64,000 nt of DNA. It comes from a virus. Its lineage: Duplodnaviria; Caudoviricetes. The first letter of the stretch is position 1. Each line of letters begins with the position of its first letter. This document shows, in pieces, positions 18,181 to 28,660 of this stretch. The translations under genes were made by a program, and so were the position numbers. The notes beneath the pieces were generated by a model, which saw only the letters and a list, made by a program, of their open reading frames with translations, ran no database searches and was not told where the DNA came from. Location: IMG/VR virus record IMGVR_UViG_3300042940_001591. One strand, given 5' to 3'.

Positions 18181-18402
18181 ATGAAATGTATTAAGTTAAT
18201 TAAAGCAAGTAAAGGTCATGAAATTGGTCAAGTTTTAAGAGTAGAAGATAACGAAGCGGATTTAAGAGTTAAAGGTGGTTATTGGTCATTTGCACCAAAA
18301 ACCGAATATAAACTTTACAAAAATCCAGACTATAAAACTAAGAAAACTGATGATAAAGTTTCTTCTAAAAAACAATTAAAGAAGAAAAAAACTTCTGAAT
18401 AA
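18181..18402 (+). CDS. small basic hypothetical protein
   Basis: Own promoter TATATTTG at 18150-18157. Confidence 0.55.
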   Translation: MKCIKLIKASKGHEIGQVLRVEDNEADLRVKGGYWSFAPKTEYKLYKNPDYKTKKTDDKVSSKKQLKKKKTSE

Positions 18403-18519
18403 AAAAAAATAAAAAATATTTGATGATTTATTTTGTTTTTTAAAATATTCATTGTATATTTGTAAAAGAAATCACAAAGGTGGTTTCGTAGTAAGAAAAA
18501 GTTCTTTGATTTAAAAATA

Positions 18520-19325
18520 TTGGCCGCCTATGGTCGATTAAAATAAACCATGAAAGTGGGATAAAGTGACAAACCCTTGGTTGGGGTAAGTTGCGGTTTC
18601 AGTAATGGAACTTGAGTAGGCAAGTGGAGTATCGTTGAACCTTAAGTACTGAGGGTAACACTTTAGGGAAAGTGGTTTGATGACTAAGCAATCCGAGTTG
18701 TTTGGTTGAGGTGGGGACACCAATAAGAATAATCCATAGAGTTATTGTGAGAAGTATCGTTATCCGACTTTACAATTGCGTGATTCAATATAATGGGAAT
18801 CTTAAAACCGAAAGGTATGGTGAAGTACGAGTGGTGTCGTTATCATCCTTTATTAAACTCTACCAAGGGTTTAGTTCTGAAGGGGTCCAAAAATATGGTA
18901 GCAGGGATGTTACAGAGAGTAGTTTAGTATCGAGTCGCTCAAAAGGTGGCTTGGCTAGGTGACGAACCACTACTTTCCAAATTCGGATAACTAAATTTTG
19001 TTAATTTTGGTTTAACAACTTAAAATCATACAAGAAGAAGTGTTCGTCAGTCGTTGTAGACAGGTGGCTACATAGTCGTGAGGGGTTCACGGCCACAAAG
19101 GGTCTCAAGCCCAATGTGATTTTTAAAAAAGTTCTCTAAACCCGCAAGGTTGAATCAGGGAGGCATCTTTGATGAGTAATGAGTATTAAAAGAGTATATA
19201 ACGACTCAAGGATTGGTTAATCTAATTGACCGCCGCTGATTGGTACTACTCAAAAGGTAGTGGAAAAGGGAAGAAACAAATAATGTCCCTAAGTCAATTA
19301 TTAAGACATGTATTCTCAGTGTTTT
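18520..19325 (+). ncRNA. large ornate ncRNA, GOLLD-like
   Basis: ~800 nt, GC-richer, no credible ORF; promoter TATATTTG 18455-18462 and terminator ~19390-19421; many helices; next to tRNA array as reported for GOLLD; 3' portion resembles GOLLD from memory only. Confidence 0.65.
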
Positions 19326-19455
19326 ATTTTCTTTGTTTAGTAAAACAAAGTGGTGGAATTGGAACGTTTTAAAACCGTTCGGCCCAAAAAAGATTAGTCA
19401 GATTTATTCTGACTTTTTTTTTGCTTTTAAATAAATTTTACTTATATTTGATATT

Positions 19456-20205
19456 ATGAGAATAGTTTGTATATCCGACACACATGCCTTACATAGAGGT
19501 ATGACCCACGAATTACCACAAGGTGATGTGTTAATACATGCGGGTGATTTATCAAATAGAGGTGGAGAAAGAGATGTGACAGAATTTATTCATTGGTTTC
19601 AAAACATAGAAGGGTTTGACTCTAAAATTTTTATTTCGGGTAATCACGATTTCTGTTTTGAGCGGGTTAATCAACCGCACCATAAAGGCGACTACGATTG
19701 GTTAAACAATCTAATGACTCCTGAAAATCTATCTCAATCCAATGTGACTTATTTGGAAGATAATTTTATGACTATTGAGTCACCTGAATTTTCAAGACCA
19801 ATTAAAATCTACGGAAGTCCTTGGCAACCAAATTTTTATGATTGGGCTTTTAACTTACCAAGATTTGGGGTTGAGTTACAAGAAAAGTGGAATATGATTT
19901 CAGAAGATACTGATGTATTAATAACACATGGACCACCAAATGGATACGGAGATTTAGTTAATAATTGGCGACAACCAAATACAAACGTAGGTTGTGAGTT
20001 GTTACGAAATAGAATAGAAGAAATAAATCCATTAGTAAGTGTATTTGGTCATATTCACGAAGGTTATGGTGTTGAGCTCGGTAATAAAACATTATTCGTA
20101 AATGCATCAACTTGTAACTCAAAATACGAACCAATAAATAAACCAATAATCATAGACTTACAAGAAGTTTATGGTGAAATAATTGCAACTCATGTCGAAA
20201 TATAA
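19456..20205 (+). CDS. calcineurin-like metallophosphoesterase
   Basis: SDTH, HAGD, GNHD, THGPP, GHIHE. Confidence 0.85.
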   Translation: MRIVCISDTHALHRGMTHELPQGDVLIHAGDLSNRGGERDVTEFIHWFQNIEGFDSKIFISGNHDFCFERVNQPHHKGDYDWLNNLMTPENLSQSNVTYLEDNFMTIESPEFSRPIKIYGSPWQPNFYDWAFNLPRFGVELQEKWNMISEDTDVLITHGPPNGYGDLVNNWRQPNTNVGCELLRNRIEEINPLVSVFGHIHEGYGVELGNKTLFVNASTCNSKYEPINKPIIIDLQEVYGEIIATHVEI

Positions 20206-20875
20206 TGGACCAATTAGTGTTGTCATTTCAACACGAAAAATAGATGATACGTATTTAAAACACGTTGAGAAAATGTTTTCACACCCTAAAACTCAAATAT
20301 TAATTTATGAGAATGATGGTGTGGATTCATTACCCAAAATTTATAATTTAGGATTACAAGATTCCGAAAATGATATTGTGGTGTTTATGCATGACGATCT
20401 TATTTTGGAAACCCCTAATATCACACCAAAAGTTATTAGATTATTTGAGGAGAATCCTGAATATGGCATAATAGGATTGGCCGGTACTAATAATTTAATG
20501 AGTGGAATGTGGTGGCAGGATAAAGAATCTATGTATGGTGTTGTTGGTCATGAACATCAAGGTAAAAGACATGTAAATCACTACTCAAAACAATCATTTG
20601 GTGACAAACCAAAAGAAGTGGTTATTGTTGATGGGTTATTTATTATGGTTCATAAAGATAGAATTAAACATAAGTTTAATGAAGAATTTACAGGGTTCCA
20701 TTTCTATGATTTACCGTTTTGTGTTGACAACCATTTAGATGGGATTAAAGTTGGGGTTACCACTAAAATAATGGTAACACATAAATCCATTGGTATGGTA
20801 AATAAACAATGGGAAAAAAATAAGTTGTTTTTTGAGGCATTATACGAAAAACACTTCCCTTTAAGGGTTAATTGA
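20183..20875 (+). CDS. GT2-like glycosyltransferase
   Basis: YN.G, VFMHDD, VDGLF, FHFYDL. Confidence 0.7.
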   Translation: MQLMSKYNGPISVVISTRKIDDTYLKHVEKMFSHPKTQILIYENDGVDSLPKIYNLGLQDSENDIVVFMHDDLILETPNITPKVIRLFEENPEYGIIGLAGTNNLMSGMWWQDKESMYGVVGHEHQGKRHVNHYSKQSFGDKPKEVVIVDGLFIMVHKDRIKHKFNEEFTGFHFYDLPFCVDNHLDGIKVGVTTKIMVTHKSIGMVNKQWEKNKLFFEALYEKHFPLRVN

Positions 20876-20917
20876 TTTTAGCACAATAACGGATATTTAT
20901 ATATAAAACAAACAATT

Positions 20918-21217
20918 ATGATGACAGTACTTTTAATTTTATTGGCTTTGGTTGTGGCTGGAGCGGTAGTATTTTTCCTAATGAAATCAGGTAAAATCGA
21001 AGACAAAGATGGTAATAACATTCCAGATGCGGTTGAAGAAAAATTGGCGGAAGTTAAAGAAGTTGCTAAAGTGGTTAAGGAAAGAGTAAAAAGAGTAGTT
21101 GAAGAAACTAAGGATGTTGCTGAAGCCGCTAAAAAAGTTGTTAAGCAATCTAAAGATGTTGTAAACGCAACTAAAGGTGGTTCTCGCAAAGGAAGAAAAC
21201 CAGCCGCTAAGAAGTAA
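20918..21217 (+). CDS. small N-terminally membrane-anchored Lys/Ala-rich protein
   Basis: TM then amphipathic repeats; TATTTATA at 20894. Confidence 0.6.
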   Translation: MMTVLLILLALVVAGAVVFFLMKSGKIEDKDGNNIPDAVEEKLAEVKEVAKVVKERVKRVVEETKDVAEAAKKVVKQSKDVVNATKGGSRKGRKPAAKK

Positions 21218-21297
21218 ATTATCACACATAATTAAATTTAAGGGTTAAAATTTGTTTTTTAACCCTTTCTCATCTACATTTGTATTCTATTTATTAC

Positions 21298-21694
21298 GGG
21301 GGTGCTTGGCATTGATTTCAGGTATCAGGGGTAAGTGGCACGTAGTCAGACTTCATCTATGACTTAAATCTATGGTGGAAAATTCTAGACGGCAACGTTT
21401 ATAACAACATGGAAATTGCAGGTTTACTTGCAACTTCTAACGTAGCAGTAGCCTAAGGCGAAACTACAATCGGGTCGACTGGCATGTAACCTAGGAACAG
21501 AAGCCTTCAAGGTGTAACACCACCCGAAGAGTGTTGGAGCAAATCTGACGGCTCTTGAAAATCCGGTTAGGAACAGTATTGATGGTTTCCTGTAATTAAC
21601 CTTCTATTTGTCTGTTATGAACTAATAGAATAAACGTGTAGTCATTTATTGTTGAACAGGAAAGACACGGGTTCGAGTCCCGTCACCTCCACCA
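21298..21694 (+). ncRNA. ssrA: tmRNA
   Basis: 5' GGGGGTG, 3' T arm ACGGG-TTCGAGT-CCCGT and CACCTCC-ACCA with G3:U70; tag frame 21391-21456 GNVYNNMEIAGLLATSNVAVA*. Confidence 0.92.
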
Positions 21695-21851
21695 TAAACC
21701 CATCTTCGGATGGGTTTTTTGTTTGGTGTCTCTATTAACGAGCAAAAGGTCCGAAGACCCTTTGTCGAGATTTGAAACACCTCCTTTTCGTTTATAAGTA
21801 TTATCGTTTAATGGCGACCAAACCAATTAAACTCTACATATAAATATCTTA

Positions 21852-22496
21852 TTATTCATTAATGTTTGAAATAATTGATGATTTTGTTTTATATGCAACA
21901 TTACAAACAGCATTTGCTAACATTTCACCAAATTGACTTGATTTTATGTATTCAAATACCGTATTTCTTAAGAAATTCGCAGCCATTGAATCTTCTTCAG
22001 TACTTGATGAAATAATATATACCACTAATGATTCTGATAACGCATCAGCAACAGTACTACCATGATATGAACAACTTTGTTTATCTCTAAAGACAGCAAT
22101 TAAATCACTTAATGTCATTTCACTCATTGCAGTTGCCATTGCACTCACTAACGGACCTTTAAACCCTATTAGGTTTAATAATGTTGTTATTGCATATTCT
22201 TTAAATTGTGAAATGGCCCCACCACCTACTTTATCTAAAATACCACTTCTTGTAGATGCATCTTGTGGATTTTGTTTGTTTGGTGTGAATAGTTTTTTTA
22301 ACCAATCAAATTGTTCATTTACCACACCTTCTATTTGTTCATTGTCATATCCCTCATCTATCAATTTACCCAAATATTGTATGGTTAAACCAAATTTATC
22401 CTCATCATTTTCATTTAGAAAAATCCTCTCAAAGGATTCGTTTATAGAATGCTTCTTTGAGAGGGTTTCACTTACTATTTTTTTAATATCTTTCAT
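21852..22496 (-). CDS. hypothetical, probable virion-associated protein
   Basis: N-terminal IVSE/INE motifs, hydrophobic central helices. Confidence 0.5.
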   Translation of the reverse strand: MKDIKKIVSETLSKKHSINESFERIFLNENDEDKFGLTIQYLGKLIDEGYDNEQIEGVVNEQFDWLKKLFTPNKQNPQDASTRSGILDKVGGGAISQFKEYAITTLLNLIGFKGPLVSAMATAMSEMTLSDLIAVFRDKQSCSYHGSTVADALSESLVVYIISSSTEEDSMAANFLRNTVFEYIKSSQFGEMLANAVCNVAYKTKSSIISNINE

Positions 22497-22497
22497 A

Positions 22498-24339
22498 TTA
22501 TTCTTCTCCTTGTAATTTCCACTTATATTTCATTGTTACATCTTCATCGTCTCTATCTCCAGTTTCTCTTTGTTTCTTTTGAATATAACCTTGGTCTTTC
22601 AAATATTTATCTAAGATGTAATAGTCGTTACCTTCTAATTCAGGACCTTTCCATTTAACAATAACACCATTACGTTTTTTAACTAAATTTTTACTAGCCA
22701 ATAATTCTTGTAATCTGTTTCTATCGTATACAGGTTCGGCAGGTACTGCTGGAGGTGTTATAGGTGCTGTTGTTGTGTTACCAGTTGTAGAACCTGTAGT
22801 TGTACCCGTTACTGAAGCGGTAGAACCTGTTGTAGAACCCGTGGTTGTACCCGTTGTAGATCCTGTTACTGGATTACAAGCTGAAATAATCTTATCATAT
22901 GTTTCTTTTGTAATACCACCAGATAAATTATATTGTAAATCTTCTAAACCTTTTTTAGTCTTAGGTCCAAAATAACCTTTTTGTGGTGTGATACCTAAAC
23001 ATTTTTGTATTTCTGCAATTTTTGGTGAAATACATCCAAATTCAAACGGAAAATCTTTTGTTGAACAATCTTGATAGTTTGGATTTGAACTTCCAGAACC
23101 TCCACTTCCAGAACCTCCGCCACCATCAACAGGTGCGGTTTCACCATCCCAAGTAATATTAATGTTACCAATACCTGTATTTGGATTACCATCTCCTTGT
23201 TCTGCAATTACTGTTTGTGTACCTTTACAAGACCATCTACCTCTTTTTGATTGATCCTTCATGAATACTCTACCGTTATTGTAAAACCATAAACCACCCT
23301 TTCCATCATATTCAGAATTACCTGTTTTTGTAACTTGTACTACTGGATCTCCGCCCGTTGTATTTCTAATTGTTGTTCCGGTATCATCAATAACATCATC
23401 TAGACATTTACCAAATAATTGATCTCCAGGTTTTGTTGTTCCACCTTTAAAAAATTTCCAAAGATACCAACCACCTACACCAGCTAAACCTAACATAATC
23501 CAATATTTTGGACTTAATCTACCGGCAATTGCTTTAAACTTTTGCCATTTAGAAGGTTTCATTGTTTCAACAATGGCTTTGGATTCTTGAGCAACAACTT
23601 TAGCTTCTGGCGCAATTTCTTTAATTGCTTGTACTTCAGCATGTGTTACTGCGGCTCCTGCTTGTGTTCCTGCCGAACCTCCCTGAGTCATGGTAATGTT
23701 AACCTCATTTTTAATTGCGGCTTCTGCTTGTTGAGGTGTTTTAACAGTTTCTAATTGTTTAATCTTCGCTTCTAAATCTGCAATTTTCTTTGTTTGATTA
23801 GCCGCTTTTTTTCCTTCTTTACTAACAACACCCGTTTCTAATTTTCTAGCCATCTCTTTAGATTCGGTTTGTGCTCTTAAGACTATATCATCAATTTCTT
23901 TAGTTGTTATATTTTTTCCTGATGCTTTTAATTCATTACTTTTTAATGACATTTCTTTCATTGCCTTTAATTTAGAGGCTTCCTTTGCTGCAGGTCCCAA
24001 TGTATTTGTTGTTGATATTCTTACTCCATTTTTCAAATCCAACTTTATTGCATCTTCAAGTTCTTTAGTTAATTGAGTAAGGTCTTTTGTTAATGCTGTT
24101 GCGATAACATTATCAGACAATTTAAATTCTTTACCCATTGCGGAAATTATAGCAGTTTCCTTGGCTCCCGTAGCGGCATTTTTAAATCTATTTGCAATTT
24201 GTTGTCTTTGTTCTTCAACCTCAGTTGACTCATCTTCACTTACCAACTTTAAAGCATTTAAATTTTCATTTAATGTTTTTTCATTATTATATGACATCAT
24301 TAATTTAATTCTGTCAATTGTGTTTGTATTATTTTTCAT
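22498..24339 (-). CDS. probable virion protein with TM segment, PG-binding-like domain and TTGS repeats
   Basis: YWIMLGLAGVGGWYLW; IAEIQKCLGI..GYFGPKT; TTGSTTG repeats. Confidence 0.55.
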   Translation of the reverse strand: MKNNTNTIDRIKLMMSYNNEKTLNENLNALKLVSEDESTEVEEQRQQIANRFKNAATGAKETAIISAMGKEFKLSDNVIATALTKDLTQLTKELEDAIKLDLKNGVRISTTNTLGPAAKEASKLKAMKEMSLKSNELKASGKNITTKEIDDIVLRAQTESKEMARKLETGVVSKEGKKAANQTKKIADLEAKIKQLETVKTPQQAEAAIKNEVNITMTQGGSAGTQAGAAVTHAEVQAIKEIAPEAKVVAQESKAIVETMKPSKWQKFKAIAGRLSPKYWIMLGLAGVGGWYLWKFFKGGTTKPGDQLFGKCLDDVIDDTGTTIRNTTGGDPVVQVTKTGNSEYDGKGGLWFYNNGRVFMKDQSKRGRWSCKGTQTVIAEQGDGNPNTGIGNINITWDGETAPVDGGGGSGSGGSGSSNPNYQDCSTKDFPFEFGCISPKIAEIQKCLGITPQKGYFGPKTKKGLEDLQYNLSGGITKETYDKIISACNPVTGSTTGTTTGSTTGSTASVTGTTTGSTTGNTTTAPITPPAVPAEPVYDRNRLQELLASKNLVKKRNGVIVKWKGPELEGNDYYILDKYLKDQGYIQKKQRETGDRDDEDVTMKYKWKLQGEE

Positions 24340-24357
24340 ATATTATAAATATTAAAT

Positions 24358-25545
24358 TTAATCAAATGGATCTTTACCATTATATTTAGTTCTAACTAAT
24401 TCAGCATATTGGTCCGCTATCTTAGGGTCCATAGCAACACTCGCACCTTTAGTTTCATGTCCGCCAATTACTTTCTCAAAACCATAAAGTACACCAGTGG
24501 TCTTCACACCGGCAGATGCTCCTGTACCTGCAGTTTGTCCCAATAATCTTTGTAAACTTTCAGTAAATCTTGTTGATATGGATTTTAATCCACCTAAAAT
24601 ACCGTTAATAAAACTGGCACCTTTAGGAAATTTAGTTGCAAGTGTTTTCATTACTGATTGTAAAAGGGCTGGAACTTGTTTAATTCCGTCAACCATTGAG
24701 GTTATCATTCCTTTAACTTTTGGGTTTTTTTCAAAATATTGTGCAATTCTTGCTGGACTATTTGCAATTGATTTAAGTGGCATTATCCCCGCTTTGGCTG
24801 CTTTAGCTGCGGCTGCCGCACTTACAAATCCTAATATATCAAAACCAAAAAATAAACATTTTAACCAAAATGGGTTATTCTTTTCTTCCTCTGGCCAATC
24901 GTCACTTATTAATTGGTAAGCATCTAATGCAACAACCATTCCCCAAGCAATTTTTGCGGCACCGGCACCAACACCCGTTGCAATTAAAATTGCATCCACA
25001 ATCATACCCAAATTACTATATAGAGCGTCTTTTAATTTTCTTAAAACATACTTTACACCCTGACCTAATAATTTTAAAATACCCATCCATTCTCCCTGAG
25101 AAACTGCAAGTCCAAATTTCTTTACACCTTCATATGATGTTTTAAGAAAATCTGCAGTACTATCTCCGGCCTTTTTAAATTGTCTACCTAACCAAGTGTC
25201 TTGTAAAAATTCAAATTCAAGTAATATGTCTCTTAAACCATAAAGGTTTTGTTGTGATTCTAATATTGGTAAAGAGAGAATGTTTTCTCTTATTTGTGAA
25301 TAACCTTCATCTTCTAATTTTATACTTTCAAAAATTGTTTTAAACACATCTAATGAACCCCAAAGGTTTCCTATTGTTCTTTGTTCTTGTATGTCAAATA
25401 CTTCGTCTTGTATAACAAAATATCTTCCATCAACCGTAACACACGCTTCAAATATATAATCACGTTTTTTTGGTACAAATCCATGTATTGAGCTGATTCT
25501 ATTCCTTTCAGATTCCGTTACTATATTTCTTGTTTGATAAACCAT
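24358..25545 (-). CDS. probable virion protein with long hydrophobic helices
   Basis: VTESER leader; DAILIATGVGAGAAKIAWGMVVALD; GFDILGFVSAAAAAK. Confidence 0.5.
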   Translation of the reverse strand: MVYQTRNIVTESERNRISSIHGFVPKKRDYIFEACVTVDGRYFVIQDEVFDIQEQRTIGNLWGSLDVFKTIFESIKLEDEGYSQIRENILSLPILESQQNLYGLRDILLEFEFLQDTWLGRQFKKAGDSTADFLKTSYEGVKKFGLAVSQGEWMGILKLLGQGVKYVLRKLKDALYSNLGMIVDAILIATGVGAGAAKIAWGMVVALDAYQLISDDWPEEEKNNPFWLKCLFFGFDILGFVSAAAAAKAAKAGIMPLKSIANSPARIAQYFEKNPKVKGMITSMVDGIKQVPALLQSVMKTLATKFPKGASFINGILGGLKSISTRFTESLQRLLGQTAGTGASAGVKTTGVLYGFEKVIGGHETKGASVAMDPKIADQYAELVRTKYNGKDPFD

Positions 25546-25583
25546 TATTTTTTTTTTATTTCTATATAAATATCCGTAATTTC

Positions 25584-25841
25584 TTATTTTAATGGATTAG
25601 CCTTACCTCTTTTTAAATTAGCACCAACAATATCAGCCCACTTTGTAACCCCAATTTGATTGGCGGGACCTCTTTCTATACCAGTTTCCCATTTACCAAC
25701 CTCAGGGTATCCTTGACCACCAGCTTGGGTGCCTGACGTACCTGGCGACGGTTCACTAGCAACATCCCCCTGTTCTTCAAGTTCTTGATTTTCAGTTGAC
25801 ACTATCAATTTTAATTGTTTTTCGTTAATTACCATTCTCAT
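25584..25841 (-). CDS. hypothetical protein with INEKQLK leader
   Basis: Leader motif; TATTTATA upstream on minus strand. Confidence 0.55.
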   Translation of the reverse strand: MRMVINEKQLKLIVSTENQELEEQGDVASEPSPGTSGTQAGGQGYPEVGKWETGIERGPANQIGVTKWADIVGANLKRGKANPLK

Positions 25842-25922
25842 AATATATAAATACCTAAAAAAATCTTTGAAATTGATTATGATATACCAAAAAATACCTA
25901 TTTTTGCTTAAAATATAAAGAC

Positions 25923-26486
25923 ATGAGGAAATTAATATCAATTTTAGTTGTTTTTACCCTATTTGGGTGTGAGAAGTATGAATTAGAATCTCCGCCCAGA
26001 TTAACGGGAGGTAAATGGATATTCACCGACTATGAGGTCACGGTTATAAGTGCAATTAGTAACGTTAAGGTCATTAAAACGGATACGGTGTGTATTACTT
26101 TTTTTAATATACAACAATTAACCGATAGTAATCTGATATTAAAACAAGACTATTCAAAAACCGCAGTAGATAGACGTTTTATAAAAGGTAAAACCACATG
26201 GGAGTTTGATAGTAATAATAAACAACTGTATTGCGATTATCAACAAATGGTAGGTAATGTTAAACCTGAACCATTTTGGGTAAATCTTTCGTTATATGAT
26301 AATAATTTAGAGGTAATGAATACCGCCAACGGTGCGGTGACAAATTATACATATAGAGCAAATGATGTAGGGTATCCAAGAACTTTAACATTACTTAGTC
26401 CTCCGATTGTTACGGATTTATATATGTCTAATGGTGCAAGAGACAAAGCCGCAACTGTAAGAGTTACTTTATATTTTTCAAGATAA
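25923..26486 (+). CDS. lipoprotein, beta-rich (lipocalin-like)
   Basis: Lipobox LFGC, GGKW early in mature chain. Confidence 0.55.
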   Translation: MRKLISILVVFTLFGCEKYELESPPRLTGGKWIFTDYEVTVISAISNVKVIKTDTVCITFFNIQQLTDSNLILKQDYSKTAVDRRFIKGKTTWEFDSNNKQLYCDYQQMVGNVKPEPFWVNLSLYDNNLEVMNTANGAVTNYTYRANDVGYPRTLTLLSPPIVTDLYMSNGARDKAATVRVTLYFSR

Positions 26487-26487
26487 T

Positions 26488-27324
26488 ATGAGAAGATTAT
26501 TAATCTTATTAGTTGTAATATCTTCTTGTCAAAAAGAAGATATAAACACAAGAAATGTTGTTTCTGTAGAAAAAACAAAAGATAGTGTTATTGGTTATTC
26601 ATGTTCGGATACCATCAATTATGATGTTTTCAACGGTATTAGATTTGTTAATAATAACACATATGGTAATAAATCATATGGTTCGCTTATTGTTAATAAA
26701 ATAAATGGTTATCCTGTCTGTGATGGTAATGAATCATCCAGATTTGAATTAAAACCGGGTGATTGTGGTGGAGGTGTTGGATATGATGATTGTTCAACAG
26801 GTAGAAGTAGAAGTGAAATTAGGGAGGATTGGGTTAATCCATCTACCGTCCTTGGGAAAACCATTATATACACAGAGAATGTTTTTATACCCACCCAAAA
26901 CAACTTTAAACCAACAAAAGACGGTTTATTGGTATTGAGTCAAGTCCATTGGGACGGTGGTGACGGGACTGTTGGTTCTTTAGCTTATTTGGTGATGGAA
27001 AAAAATAATAATTTGCTGATTAGAACACATAAAGAATTTACTTGGATTGGTTTACATGATTATGTAATAACAAATAACCCATATGATAAATGGATTAACA
27101 TAAAATACGAAGTTAAAGTCTCGGATAAATCTGATGGATACATTAAAGTTTATGTAAATGATAAGTTACTTTTTATTGAGGGTCGACCTACAGTTAGTAA
27201 CCCAACAAAGTGTTCAATTCAAATGAAATTGGGGATTTATAATACATTTATAAACAACAATTTACCAACTCAATATTATAATCAAATCTTATATATTGAT
27301 GGTGTTAGTAAAACCATTAATTAA
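26488..27324 (+). CDS. lipoprotein, polysaccharide lyase-like beta-jelly roll
   Basis: Lipobox ISSC; RFEL..RSE, SQVH, KWINI..DGYIKVYVND, MKLGIYN. Confidence 0.65.
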   Translation: MRRLLILLVVISSCQKEDINTRNVVSVEKTKDSVIGYSCSDTINYDVFNGIRFVNNNTYGNKSYGSLIVNKINGYPVCDGNESSRFELKPGDCGGGVGYDDCSTGRSRSEIREDWVNPSTVLGKTIIYTENVFIPTQNNFKPTKDGLLVLSQVHWDGGDGTVGSLAYLVMEKNNNLLIRTHKEFTWIGLHDYVITNNPYDKWINIKYEVKVSDKSDGYIKVYVNDKLLFIEGRPTVSNPTKCSIQMKLGIYNTFINNNLPTQYYNQILYIDGVSKTIN

Positions 27325-27689
27325 TCTTCGTAAATGGTTGGGTCTTCTTTTGAATACAATTTAATGTATTGACCGGCTTTGGCGTTCGCTTCATCTTCAA
27401 TTTCACCACCAATATCGGGAGGTCTTTGTTCTAAACGACCATCTTCGAACTGTTTGTGGTGAACCATTTCGTGAGCCACACTTCTCATAATATCAACCAA
27501 TGCACGATTTTTACCATATACCTTGATAATTTTATTTTCTTTGGTATAGTCATAATTTGCGGTCGTTTTTAATCCATCCCTATTACCTTTAATGGAAATA
27601 GTGGGAACTGTCTTAAGTTCCAATTGGTTTTTTACGAACTTTACGAACGCAGTTAACTTCTCCTTATTATCGTCGGTTAAAAATCCCAT
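27321..27689 (-). CDS. HExxH metallopeptidase-like protein
   Basis: RSVAHEMVHHKQ..EDEANAKAG. Confidence 0.55.
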   Translation of the reverse strand: MGFLTDDNKEKLTAFVKFVKNQLELKTVPTISIKGNRDGLKTTANYDYTKENKIIKVYGKNRALVDIMRSVAHEMVHHKQFEDGRLEQRPPDIGGEIEDEANAKAGQYIKLYSKEDPTIYED

Positions 27690-27701
27690 ATTTAATAAAT
27701 A

Positions 27702-27950
27702 TCACAAAGTTTTTTCTTCTGGTAAATCATTTTCTTTACCGTATTGAGTAATTAATTCTTTTACAAAATCTTCATCGATATCTTCCATATCCTCCTCAAC
27801 AATTATTTCGGGAGAATAGTATTCAACATCCTCAAATCCAAGATTTAGAACTCGATAGAAATTATCACTATCATCATCTGTTGAAAACTCAATGTACAAC
27901 CTCCTGTTGTCATCATTGTAATAGAATTCGTGTATAATCATTGTAAACAA
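27702..27950 (-). CDS. small acidic protein
   Basis: Asp/Glu-rich ORF. Confidence 0.5.
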   Translation of the reverse strand: MFTMIIHEFYYNDDNRRLYIEFSTDDDSDNFYRVLNLGFEDVEYYSPEIIVEEDMEDIDEDFVKELITQYGKENDLPEEKTL

Positions 27951-28027
27951 TCATAATTATATTGATTTTATTGAAAAAACAAAAAATACAATATACAAAG
28001 TACTATAAATGCATTATAATTAATAAT

Positions 28028-28354
28028 ATGATAGATTGGTATAGTGTTGAATATTTGTATCCTTCCTCATTTAAGAAATTTACAAATGTAATGTTTCCTA
28101 ATGTGGGAGTTTTAAGTTTATCAACTTTGGAATTTTATGACACAAAAAAACTTTATTATTTTTTTGATAAAGAAGGTGTATATTTGACTATTGAAATGTA
28201 TAACCCTCACCAATGGGTATTTTCAATATCGTTGGCTAATGGGGTGGTATTTGGCCCAACTCAGGATTCTAAGACGACCAGAAGTGAGGTGGAATATGAT
28301 GGATTTTTAGAGTGTTTTAGAATCTTAGATAAATTAATAAGAGATAAACAATAG
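28028..28354 (+). CDS. hypothetical protein
   Basis: Start moved to ATG MIDW. Confidence 0.5.
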   Translation: MIDWYSVEYLYPSSFKKFTNVMFPNVGVLSLSTLEFYDTKKLYYFFDKEGVYLTIEMYNPHQWVFSISLANGVVFGPTQDSKTTRSEVEYDGFLECFRILDKLIRDKQ

Positions 28355-28368
28355 AATGTATTTATAAT

Positions 28369-28659
28369 ATGAATTTTAATTTTTTATTACAGGCAACAAG
28401 AGTTTTAAATGTTGGAAATTATGATGAGGAGGAGTTAATCATGATTTATGATTTTATCACTTCTCTTGACAATGACATATTAAATGATTATAATAATACA
28501 TGTACCATCTTATCATATGATAATGATTTAGAATTATACATAGAAATAATAGATTCGTTAATATTAGTTTTTGAGGAAAGAGAAGAATATGAAAAATGTG
28601 AAAAACTTAAAAATAAAAAAGACGATTCAATTGAAATAATAAACGCTAATACAATTTAA
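28369..28659 (+). CDS. acidic protein with C-terminal UVR-like motif
   Basis: EEYEKCEKLK. Confidence 0.55.
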   Translation: MNFNFLLQATRVLNVGNYDEEELIMIYDFITSLDNDILNDYNNTCTILSYDNDLELYIEIIDSLILVFEEREEYEKCEKLKNKKDDSIEIINANTI

Positions 28660-28660
28660 T

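Noticed and set aside
18538-18962. ORFs 18538-18723 (-) and 18702-18962 (+)
   Set aside because: Atypical composition; they overlap the structured large ncRNA
15790-21700. RNase P or SRP RNA
   Set aside because: No GAGGAAAGUCC or SRP domain IV signature seen
21724-21781. Hairpin after the tmRNA terminator
   Set aside because: Adequately explained as a 3' structure of the convergent minus-strand operon
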